Positions 55,144-64,000 of a stretch of DNA of 64,000 nucleotides are shown in pieces (positions within the stretch are counted from its first letter, which is position 1; each line of letters starts with the position of its first letter). Location: contig AP039691.1 in assembly GCA_051599415.1 (NCBI GenBank), positions 372,001 through 436,000 on the forward strand. Reading direction: 5' to 3'. This DNA comes from Savitreella phatthalungensis (lineage: Eukaryota). Made by a program: the position numbers and the translations under genes. The notes under the pieces are model-generated. The model was not told the origin of the DNA. It ran no database searches and saw nothing but the letters and a program-made list of their open reading frames with translations.

Positions 55144-57087
55144 ATGGGCGTCCTCGGCTTACTGGGCCTGTCCTTCGACTCCCAACAGGTTCGCACTGCC
55201 AAGCAAAATCTAGCTAATGCTACAACTTTTCACGACTACGAAATGGCAGCGCTCTCCCTCGACTTCCTTGAAGGGAGGGACAAGTGGAAAGCCGATCCAC
55301 ATTCAGGAGACTACGATGCCAACCTCATTCAAATTCGCACACGTCAGCTACGAGCTGCTCGTCTCGAACAAGATCGCCAGCGTGTCTTGTTTCTCCTTCG
55401 TACCACTCTGAGTCGCAATCTCGGTCGTATGGGCAACTCGAAACTCTACACATACAGCTTCATCGGTACAAAGCATCTGATCGAGGAGTATATTGCCGAG
55501 GTCCAGTACGCATGTAGGTATGTGATGGAAAGTCCCACAGATATTCAGGACACCATCGACATCTTCCTCAAAACTCGACAGGCCTTTGGTCGGACTGCGC
55601 TCCTTCTTTCCGGCGGCGGAACTTTGGGCATGATGCACATTGGCGTGGTCAAATCGCTCTTTGAGGAGAAGTGTTTGCCTCGCATCATTTGTGGATCCTC
55701 AGCTGGCGCAATCATCGCTGCGGTTGTATGCACACGTACTGATGAACAGCTACCCAGCTTGACGAGCAGCTTCGCAGCAGGCAACTTGGCTGTGTTCGGA
55801 CATGACTCTGTCTTTACAAAACTCGGTCGTTTCCTCAAGCACGGCGTCCTGCTCGACATCGCATACTTGCGAGGCGTGATGTCCGAGTGGATGGGTGATA
55901 TCACATTTGCGGAAGCTTTCAATAAGACCCGCAGAATCCTTAACATCACTGTCAGCTCAGCAAGTCTCTACGAGATGCCAAGACTGCTCAACTACATCAC
56001 GGCCCCGAACGTCGTGATCTGGTCGGCAGTAGCCGCCAGCTCATCCCTACCTCTCATTTTCTCGGGATCACCACTTCTTGCAAAAGACCCGCGCACGGGT
56101 AACATTGTCGTCTGGGAGGAAGGCAGCAATAAGTGTATCGATGGCAGTATCGAGGGCGATCTACCAACTGCCAAATTGAGCGAGCTGTTCAACATCGATC
56201 ACTTCATCGTCTCACAGGTGAATCCACACGTGACACCATTCATCCGCGAGGAAGTCGGCCTTCTGCCAAATCTCGCTGTCAACGAGGCCGTCCACCTGAG
56301 CGAAGTGATGGTCGCTCTCGGTGTTCTGCCGAACCTTGCCCAGCGCATTGCGGGTCTTCTTAATCAGCCATACCAGGGTGACATCACCATCTTGCCAGAG
56401 GCGCCGATGATCGCCGGTCTGCGCAAATTGCTCGCCAACCCTACGCCAGCATTCATGGAAGATGCATGTCGGCGAGGCGAGCGCGCTACATGGCAAAAGA
56501 TGTCCATCATCAGAAACCACCTACAGATTGAGCTCTCCCTCGATCGCACACTGCACGAGCTTCGTCTAGCGCTGATCGGTCAAGATCGGCCTTCCTTACG
56601 TCAGTCGCAATCGCAGTACTTTGGCGCGGCAGGACTTCTACCCGGTGACGGAAGGCAGCATCGCCGTCGACGGTCAAGTAGCATTCTGGTCAACCCATCT
56701 CTGGAGCTGGACCCTGCAGATATTGCGCCGACTCGCGAACGCGATCCAAAGACAAAATCTCAACCTGCCACGCCGGCAAATCTGCTTTCTCCAACCCACC
56801 ACCCGTTCATGCCTCCTTCCAGCAGACAACCGAGCCGAAGACCGAGCATGGACCATATCGATCCCCTGTCCGGGACAGGGCTCGGGTCTGCGAGTACGCC
56901 TTTGCTCGCGGCGCCTGGCACGCCTGCAGCTGGATTGCTACCGAACGATTACTTTGCACAATACTTTGGTGGCGGCAGCGGTCTCAACAGCGCCGCAAAA
57001 GGCCTTTCCTCCCCATATGTGGCCACCACAACAACTTCCAGCGGCCACCATGTCTCTTCGCCGTATCACGTCCGCCTTCGTGACTGA
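55144..57087 (+). CDS. TGL4: Patatin-domain triacylglycerol lipase (Tgl4/Tgl5-like)
   Basis: DUF3336-like N-terminus, FGRTALLLSGGG, GSSAG nucleophile, DGS and HFIVSQVNPH. Confidence 0.92.
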   Translation: MGVLGLLGLSFDSQQVRTAKQNLANATTFHDYEMAALSLDFLEGRDKWKADPHSGDYDANLIQIRTRQLRAARLEQDRQRVLFLLRTTLSRNLGRMGNSKLYTYSFIGTKHLIEEYIAEVQYACRYVMESPTDIQDTIDIFLKTRQAFGRTALLLSGGGTLGMMHIGVVKSLFEEKCLPRIICGSSAGAIIAAVVCTRTDEQLPSLTSSFAAGNLAVFGHDSVFTKLGRFLKHGVLLDIAYLRGVMSEWMGDITFAEAFNKTRRILNITVSSASLYEMPRLLNYITAPNVVIWSAVAASSSLPLIFSGSPLLAKDPRTGNIVVWEEGSNKCIDGSIEGDLPTAKLSELFNIDHFIVSQVNPHVTPFIREEVGLLPNLAVNEAVHLSEVMVALGVLPNLAQRIAGLLNQPYQGDITILPEAPMIAGLRKLLANPTPAFMEDACRRGERATWQKMSIIRNHLQIELSLDRTLHELRLALIGQDRPSLRQSQSQYFGAAGLLPGDGRQHRRRRSSSILVNPSLELDPADIAPTRERDPKTKSQPATPANLLSPTHHPFMPPSSRQPSRRPSMDHIDPLSGTGLGSASTPLLAAPGTPAAGLLPNDYFAQYFGGGSGLNSAAKGLSSPYVATTTTSSGHHVSSPYHVRLRD

Positions 57088-57236
57088 ACATACCCAAGAC
57101 ATCACATTTTGATGCATGTATGATATAGTTAATTCTTTAATGGTCAATCACCGATATGACTGACTGTGAGTACACCAGGATTAATGTCGTTTCTTCTCAT
57201 GATAGGTCGTAAAAGCCCCTCTGTCGAGGACAGGAT

Positions 57237-58080
57237 CTAGTACCTTCGTTGTGGCGGACGTGGAAAGCGGTTCCCGCCATCGCGATAGCCTGCAGAAGCC
57301 GCAGGTCCACGGGCAGCCTGATGGCCGCCGTAGTGCGGCTGCGCGTGATGACGTTCATGGTGGGGAGGGTAGTCGCGTGCACGCTGTTGGTCACTGTCGC
57401 GCTCGCGGTCGAAGCCTCTAGGCCTATCGCGACCATCCCTGCCACTGTATCCACCCGCGCTCTCGACGGCCACTCGTGCTGGCGCGATCACAGCCGCAAC
57501 GGCCTCGGCGGAAATGCCCTGCGGCGGCGCCATCTTCCCAAACATGTCAAATGCTGCGCCGGACAACAGCGACACGGGCTCCTGCGGTTGCATCTCAGGA
57601 GGTAGGTCGTCCTGCGAGGGCGGTGGCATTCCCGGAGCTACGCGGGGTGCCATGTCGCGCGAGTACACTGTCTGTGGTGGGAATCCCGGCCGCGCAGGCA
57701 CACCCACAGGCACAGGCAACGGTAGACCTGCCACAGGCACCCGTACCACCCCGTTCGCATCCTCGCACGTACTGCCGATCCTGAACGGCATCGGCATCCC
57801 AGGCCGCAACTCGGCACGTGCGCCTACGCTTTTTGCCCGTGCACGCTTGGCGGCTTCTTCCGCAGCCATCTCGTCGGCGATCCGCTGGTAGTGATCCCGG
57901 ATGAATTGGTTGTGCTGTCGACCTCCAGCATGTGCCTTACGCACAGATGCAGAGTCATGCGTCAAGGACTTGTCGCAGTAATCACAGTAATCTGCATAGG
58001 GGAAAAGGGTGGGTCAGTCATCGTCATATACGTGCATGGCTACTCAAAGGAAGGCAAGGTGGATACTTACACTTGGGCAT
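57237..58080 (-). CDS. YHC1: U1 snRNP protein C; exons 58080-58071 and 57991-57237
   Basis: Spliced N-terminus [25 protein letters not shown]..H zinc finger, 79-nt GTAAGT..CAG intron, Pro-rich tail. Confidence 0.93.
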
Positions 58081-58548
58081 ATCTTTGATCTGGACTCCTG
58101 TGAAGATTGACTCGCAAGCGTGGTCGCCTGCGTCGTATATACCGGCACGACAGCCTGATCAGAGTGATAGAGTAGCTGGTGGATTCCCTTGAGTACGTTT
58201 ACTGGAACGTGCTGTATGCTGTACGTATATATGTATACTGTACACGTGTGTGTATCGTGCATCGAGTGACTCTGTTTAGCTGGCCGATGAATCCCACTTT
58301 TTGCAGTCAGCGTCATCTCAGCTGATTGGCTGGGAATATCAAAGAATAAAAGCTTACGGATGAGAGAGGCGATGATGTGGAGATACTCCAGTCAAGCCGG
58401 CACCCGTCCACCCATCTATTCCGCTCGAGTCGCTCGTTCCGAGTAGGTTGGTACCTTGGACGTTCTTCGTCGTCTCTAACTCTATCTATAAGAGTCCGTG
58501 CGCTGCTAGAACATCTTCAATAACTGTTCAGGATCTTCTACATTTATC

Positions 58549-59652
58549 ATGGTCGAACAAGGATTCCCTCAGACAGGCAAGCGATTCGAGCCGAAGAGCA
58601 TGCTCTTTAGGTACCTCGGTGACACAGGTCTCAAGGTTTCTGCTCTCTCCATTGGCTCATGGCTCACGTTCGGCTCTGACGAAGGCGTCAATGAAGTCGA
58701 CATCGTCGCAGAGTGCATTCAGACAGCATTCGACCTCGGCATCAACACGATCGATACCGCAGAGGTCTACGCAGAGGGCAAAGCTGAGATCATCCTAGGC
58801 AAGGCTCTGAAAAAGCTTAAGCTCGAGCGAGATGACCTCGTCATCACCACAAAGCTCCACTTTGGTGATGGCAACGCTTTCCCCAACAACCACGGATGCT
58901 CACGCAAGCACATCATCGAAGGCATGAAGCGTTCTCTCGCTCGTCTCCAGCTCGACCACGTCGACGTTGTCTTCTGCCACCGTTCTGACTTCTGGTGCAC
59001 GCCGATGGAGGAGACCGTACGTGCGATGAATACCCTGATCGAGCAGGGTGCTGTCCACTACTGGGGTACGTCCGAATGGTCTGCGTTCGAGATCGAGCAC
59101 GCTCAGCACGTCGCCACCCGCCTCGGACTGATCGGTCCAGTGGTCGAGCAGCCGCAGTACAACATGTTCGTGCGTGAGCGCTTCGAGGCAGAGTACGCAC
59201 CTCTCTACAAGCTGTACAAGTACGGAACCACGATCTGGTCGCCACTCTACCAGGGCATCCTGACAGGCAAGTACAACGACGGCATTCCCGCAGACTCCCG
59301 CTACGCAAAGATTTCCAAGGACTCTGCGTCCAAATTCGAGACTGCAGAGACAAAAGTACAGATTGAGAAGGTGCGAAAGCTTACACCTCTCGCTCAGAAG
59401 CTCGGCGGCAGTGTGACGGCACTCGCGCTTGCATGGTGCCTGAAGAACCGCAACGTTTCGACCGCCATCCTTGGCGCCACAAAGCCCGAGCAGATTGTGG
59501 AGAACGTCAAGTGCCTCGAGCTGCTGCCCAAGCTGACCCCCGAGATCCTCGCAGAGATCGAAGATATCCTCGAGAACAAGCCTTCTGTCCCAGGCGCCAT
59601 CCCAGCTTCACGCGCGGTCATGACGCAGAACGACGCACTCCGAGACGAGTAA
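58549..59652 (+). CDS. Aldo-keto reductase, Kv-beta (AKR6)-like
   Basis: GLKVSALSIGSWLTFG, DTAEVYA.G, ITTK, YWGTSEW, EQPQYN and WSPL..GILTGKY motifs. Confidence 0.95.
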   Translation: MVEQGFPQTGKRFEPKSMLFRYLGDTGLKVSALSIGSWLTFGSDEGVNEVDIVAECIQTAFDLGINTIDTAEVYAEGKAEIILGKALKKLKLERDDLVITTKLHFGDGNAFPNNHGCSRKHIIEGMKRSLARLQLDHVDVVFCHRSDFWCTPMEETVRAMNTLIEQGAVHYWGTSEWSAFEIEHAQHVATRLGLIGPVVEQPQYNMFVRERFEAEYAPLYKLYKYGTTIWSPLYQGILTGKYNDGIPADSRYAKISKDSASKFETAETKVQIEKVRKLTPLAQKLGGSVTALALAWCLKNRNVSTAILGATKPEQIVENVKCLELLPKLTPEILAEIEDILENKPSVPGAIPASRAVMTQNDALRDE

Positions 59653-59766
59653 AGAGAAGCTACATCAACGGCATGGTGCACACAAGCCCACCGCACAGCA
59701 ACATTGTAGAAGTCATTGTAGAATGCTTGATGATATGCTTGCTTGCTAAACATAAGGGTAACGATG

Positions 59767-60633
59767 CTATACAGATGGAGGCGATGGCCGACGCCATTCC
59801 TTTGGAAAGCTAGGTCGCTTCTTTGTCTTTCGGTGCCGGGTGTCGAGTGGGACATCCTCGAAAAGATCTTTTCCGTCAACGTGGACCTCATCAGCAGTCT
59901 CACCATCTGCGCCTGCAAGCAACAAGGAAGCAAATTCGCCTTCTCCCTTTGCAGCTGCGACAAGGCGAAGTAGCAGATCATTCAGACGTCGCTTGTTCAT
60001 CTCAGCGCTGTCAAACACCTCGCTCGATATCTTGAGTGTGTCCGTCCGGTGGTCGTACCTCGATCCGGCCAGCTTTCTCAGCTTGTCAGCCTGACCGTTC
60101 GACATCTGTGTGGAGGGTGCAGCGGCCAAATCGCGCACGCGCACGCGCATCACCACCTTCGCACTAAGCGGGTGGCTCGGCTCTCCTGGAAACGTCGTCC
60201 TCCTAAACTCAACCACTTTACCCGTCCGCGCCCGATCAGCGGCACCCTGGCCCGTCTCACCCTCGCTAGCGGCAGCAGCCTTGTACGGAGACTCGAACGC
60301 GACACGGTACTCGGCCAGCTGCGGGAGCTCGTAGATCATCTTGCGGTAGTACGCTCTGATTTGTCGGTGTGTATCTAGCTCGTCCAGGTTGTGTGAGGTT
60401 TCGTCTTCGAGGTGTATCGACCTTGCGAGTTCCTCAGGATCGAAGAACCGCTCAAGTCCCTGGTCACCCACTGGCTTGTCAGCCGCAGTCTTTGCCAAGC
60501 TCGCGAGCTGACTCTCGGCAGACTCACGGCCGACAGACGATGTCGACAACATGGCAGACCGCAGGGCATCAGAACGAAAGGCAGATCTCGACACGGCTCG
60601 CATCGCCGTCGTCCGACATCGTGAGCAGAACAT
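59767..60633 (-). CDS. RSM24: Mitochondrial ribosomal protein mS35
   Basis: Presequence-like N-terminus; R.YYRK..YELP.L, HP...KVV, LAG.RYD..TD.LKISSE and F.DVPLDTRH motifs. Confidence 0.88.
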   Translation of the reverse strand: MFCSRCRTTAMRAVSRSAFRSDALRSAMLSTSSVGRESAESQLASLAKTAADKPVGDQGLERFFDPEELARSIHLEDETSHNLDELDTHRQIRAYYRKMIYELPQLAEYRVAFESPYKAAAASEGETGQGAADRARTGKVVEFRRTTFPGEPSHPLSAKVVMRVRVRDLAAAPSTQMSNGQADKLRKLAGSRYDHRTDTLKISSEVFDSAEMNKRRLNDLLLRLVAAAKGEGEFASLLLAGADGETADEVHVDGKDLFEDVPLDTRHRKTKKRPSFPKEWRRPSPPSV

Positions 60634-60906
60634 GACTGAGGATGGAGTCACTGTGAACTTTGTCAGGCAGTCTTCTTTAGAGCTCTAAGAAATCTTTCTG
60701 TAATTTTGTGTGCGCTTTGTTTCTCAGAGTTCCAGGAATCGAGTGGAGGTATATGCGCACATGCACAAGACGGCCAAGAGGCAGGAAACACCTTGTCTAC
60801 TGCAGGACTAGCTCCTGGAGGACGCTGGACTGACGTACTCCGACCAAAGACCCTCGTAGTGGCTGCAGGCAGGTCCTTCCTGCTGACCGAGACAGCCTCA
60901 CGAAGG

Positions 60907-61779
60907 ATGGTGTCCGCACAGGCCGCCTTTGCAAGGCTCAGAGCTTTGCGAACGGCTCCGAATCATCCTAACGCTTCAGAGGTATTGACACTGGCGAAGC
61001 CGCTGATTCAACACGGTCAGGTACATAAAGCTGGCGCAGAGGCATGGGACATCTACGAGCAGGCTGTGTTGGCAGCACTAGAGGCGGGTGACGATGGGTT
61101 TGCACAGGAGTGCGTGATCAGGATCAGCGACAAGTTTCCGCAGTCCGCACGTGCTCTCGCGCTACGCGGTATGGCGATCGAGTGTGCGACAGACGGCAAC
61201 AAGGACGGCTCAGAAGCACTCGCGTATTATGACCGCATTCTGGCAGAGAATCCAACGAACGCGCTCATCATCAAGCGGAAGGCTGCTTGTCTGAAGTCGC
61301 TCGGCAAGGTAGGCGAGGCCGTGACTGTGCTGTCAGAGTATGTCGACAACTTCTACGCCGATGCTGACGCATGGCTTGAGCTCGGCGATCTGTATGCATC
61401 ACTATCACAGCATGAGCAGGCGGCCTTCTCTCGTACTGAGGCTTTGCTCCTCCGGCCGAACGATGCACGGATACTCGCATCTCTCGGCGACGCGCACTAC
61501 GCCCTTGCCGCGACCCCGGCAAAGGACGGTAATCATGCAGATACAGCACTCGAGTGCTATCTCCGCGGTCTCGAACTCAACGATGGATCGATTAGGAACC
61601 TGTGTGGGGCGAAAGCTACCACGAACTACTTGCGCACTGGGAGCGGCAAGGCTTCCAGGTACTCAGCCAAAGAGCTGGAGGCTGTCGACGCCCGTCTCAC
61701 CGAAGCTATTCAAGCCGTACCGCCAGAGACTCTTCGTCCGGCTACAGCCAACCTCGTCAAGATCCTCCTGTCAAAGTGA
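60907..61779 (+). CDS. EMC2: ER membrane complex subunit 2 (TPR)
   Basis: W.IYEQ...AAL, FPQS.R, Y..IL..NPTN..I.KRK and FYAD.DAW.EL..LY motifs. Confidence 0.9.
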   Translation: MVSAQAAFARLRALRTAPNHPNASEVLTLAKPLIQHGQVHKAGAEAWDIYEQAVLAALEAGDDGFAQECVIRISDKFPQSARALALRGMAIECATDGNKDGSEALAYYDRILAENPTNALIIKRKAACLKSLGKVGEAVTVLSEYVDNFYADADAWLELGDLYASLSQHEQAAFSRTEALLLRPNDARILASLGDAHYALAATPAKDGNHADTALECYLRGLELNDGSIRNLCGAKATTNYLRTGSGKASRYSAKELEAVDARLTEAIQAVPPETLRPATANLVKILLSK

Positions 61780-61861
61780 AGCACTTATCAAGAGAGACGT
61801 TGGTGGTCCACGTACGAATGTATATATACAACTAGACTTCCAATTCGTTAATCCTAGGTGG

Positions 61862-62176
61862 TTATGGGCCACTTGTCCACCTGAAGTACTTTGTGATGAA
61901 GTGGAATGGACTTGTGGGTGTCTGGGGTCCACGCATGGCACGCTGTACGTCGTCGTAGTAGGACGGCTTGAAGGCTGGTCTGAGGAGCTTATCGGTGAGT
62001 GGGAACTCTCGCTTGTACGCATTGCTCGTCAGCGACTCCAGCGCAGAGACGTCACGCATCGTAAACGAATCCTGCCGGTTAGCTAGCACCTGCCGCAAAT
62101 TCGCGTGAGGCCGTAAAGGGTCGATTGGAATCGCATCTAGCAGTTTCTTTACCTGAGACCTCGTAGCTGTGGCCAT
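61862..62176 (-). CDS. CBP6: Cytochrome b translation/assembly factor Cbp6 (UQCC2-like)
   Basis: P.DPLRP, AL.SL..N.YK..FPL..KLLRP...P.YYD pattern in a 104-aa ORF. Confidence 0.75.
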   Translation of the reverse strand: MATATRSQVKKLLDAIPIDPLRPHANLRQVLANRQDSFTMRDVSALESLTSNAYKREFPLTDKLLRPAFKPSYYDDVQRAMRGPQTPTSPFHFITKYFRWTSGP

Positions 62177-62600
62177 GTCGTGTACAAGATGGACAATATC
62201 GCAGATTAGAAGTCCTGTAAATTGAGACTCGTAGCGTGTTGACTCGAAAGACGAGTACCTGGTTTGTGGAAGTGTAGTGTGCCTGTGCGGTCGTGAAGCG
62301 TGATGTCACTCGATAAATCTATGGAAAGAAATTATCTAAGTCTGCCGTGTTGTGGCCATGAATGCTGCATGTGGATAATAAGCATTTTTCCACAGGAATC
62401 TCAAATGCAGGCATCTGCAACCGAGACAGGCAGGCATGTCATCCGGTCCTCAAGAGCACTCCCTGTTGAGAGGAGATGCTCAGGTCATCCATGTTCAAGG
62501 CATACGTCACTGGACTGTCCAATGCATCTTTGTCAGGCAAACAGTCTGTCATACATGTGATCATTATGTAATTACCTCTTGGCCATTCTTCCTTATTGCG

Positions 62601-63500
62601 CTAGACCTCGATAATCTCACCTGCGTGTTTGTCGTACCAACGAGTCAGATCGGCTTGGATGTGACGCATCGCAGCGCGAATGGCGTCCTTGTCTCGGATG
62701 GCAGGTTGCGGTGGATTGGTAAATCGCGGCGAGGTGACTGCTCCATATGGTGAGCCATCTGCCGTTGTGTCTCGCTCGAGCGAGATTTCCTGCATACTTG
62801 TGTCTTCTGCTCCGGCACCGGTACTAGCAACGGGTACACTGCCACGCATCGCAGCCACGAGAGATTCCAGATTCGTGATTCTGCTCTTGAGTCGCCGGTT
62901 CTCGAGCTCGAGATTGGTATCGGCAGGCTGTGATTCTTTCGTCTTTGCCGAGCTTGTTTTCGCCTCATCTCGTAGGGCTTGCAAGTCCATCTGCAGTCCG
63001 TCCCGCTCGAGTTCCAAAGCATCGAACTTCGTTTGAAGTGAATCCAGTTGAGACGTTAAACCATCCTTGTCCTTCTGCAGCGATGAGGATGTGTCGGTAG
63101 CGGATGTTTGTTCGTTCAATGTCGATTTTTTCAGCTTCTCCGTTTCATCCTGGGCAGACTTGACGTCCTTTTCGAGCGACTTTACCTGATCCTTGGTCTT
63201 CTTTAAAGTTTCCTCGAGCTCGGTGACCTGCTTCTTGCTGACTGCTAATGCATGCTCAAGCTCAGACACGCGATTTCTCAACGTTGCAAGCTCAGCTTCA
63301 TGATCAGCGGCGGTGCTCTTCTCTGTTTGAGCGTCATCCGCAGGTGCTGATTCTGTTTTCTCCACGGACTTGTCATCCATTGTGGCAGTGTCGTCGGCAG
63401 TCGACTCTGGCTCGTCTGTGGTAGATTTCTGGCCCTTCTTCGCTTTGAGCTCTGCGGCGCGTTTCCTGGCCGCTGCGAGTTTTGCTTCCTTGTCTGCCAT
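62601..63500 (-). CDS. BUG1: Golgin-like coiled-coil protein, Bug1/GM130-like
   Basis: N-terminal KLAAARKRAAELKAKK, long coiled coil, C-terminal DLTRW....GEIIEV resembling the Grh1-binding tail. Confidence 0.65.
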   Translation of the reverse strand: MADKEAKLAAARKRAAELKAKKGQKSTTDEPESTADDTATMDDKSVEKTESAPADDAQTEKSTAADHEAELATLRNRVSELEHALAVSKKQVTELEETLKKTKDQVKSLEKDVKSAQDETEKLKKSTLNEQTSATDTSSSLQKDKDGLTSQLDSLQTKFDALELERDGLQMDLQALRDEAKTSSAKTKESQPADTNLELENRRLKSRITNLESLVAAMRGSVPVASTGAGAEDTSMQEISLERDTTADGSPYGAVTSPRFTNPPQPAIRDKDAIRAAMRHIQADLTRWYDKHAGEIIEV

Positions 63501-64000
63501 CGGGTGATGCTTATCACAGGCAGTAATTGTGCTGTCTTGTTGTATCAGGAGATGCACCTGGTCAGTGACAAGTGTGCATATGGACGATGGCGTGGATGCG
63601 AGTGTGCATGTGTGAGTGTATGGGCGTACGCGTGTGGAATTGAAGTATGAGTGTGGAGTGAATTTGATCATGATTCACACCACGCAGACTCACCATGCAT
63701 ACGGACGATATAGAAATTACGTGCATCTGGTAACTCATACAAAACTTATCTAACATGCATTGAAGTTGAAAGTTGTGTCGAAACTGAATCTAGCCAACTT
63801 TGACATTATTTTCGAGCTAGAAGGCTTTTTGGACCTAATTTGTATATGTGAAGGTTTAAGATCCGCGGGAGTCTTTAGACACCCAATCACATGCAAATTC
63901 ATTCTCTCTATTGTATAGACGTCCATATGCAGCATACGTACAGATATATATCGTTCCAGAAAGTCAGTTCAATACATGTGAATTGAATAGAATTGAATAT

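Overview
This is fungal nuclear DNA: gene-dense, intron-poor, with short GT..CTRAC..AG introns and bulk GC slightly above 50%. The style fits an early-diverging ascomycete yeast such as Taphrinomycotina, which is an inference. About 37 protein-coding genes are supported. Recognisable housekeeping or metabolic genes include Stf2-like, Chz1, DUF1275, NoxR, DUF1749 hydrolase, an MFS transporter, arginase, a LadA/DszA-type monooxygenase, a GATA factor, a spliced GlcG/DUF336 gene missed by the ORF track, Ahp1/Pmp20, Rad60/Esc2, RNase T2, DUF1770, a methyltransferase, Tma22, Tgl4/5, U1-C, an aldo-keto reductase, Rsm24, Emc2, Cbp6 and Bug1-like. Four signals stand out. (1) A tandem island of five orphan secreted-protein genes at 32.2-36.4 kb with paralogous motifs, cationic segments and a Kex2/Ste13-like processing site. 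(2) A gap-free imperfect inverted repeat with ~200-bp arms at 0.8-1.2 kb, built from a coding fragment (hairpin-RNA candidate). (3) A secreted S28 peptidase homolog lacking its catalytic serine. (4) A compact multi-hairpin intergenic element at ~51.3 kb. No tRNA, rRNA, CRISPR array or intact transposon was recognised. All family calls are motif recognition by eye, not database searches.
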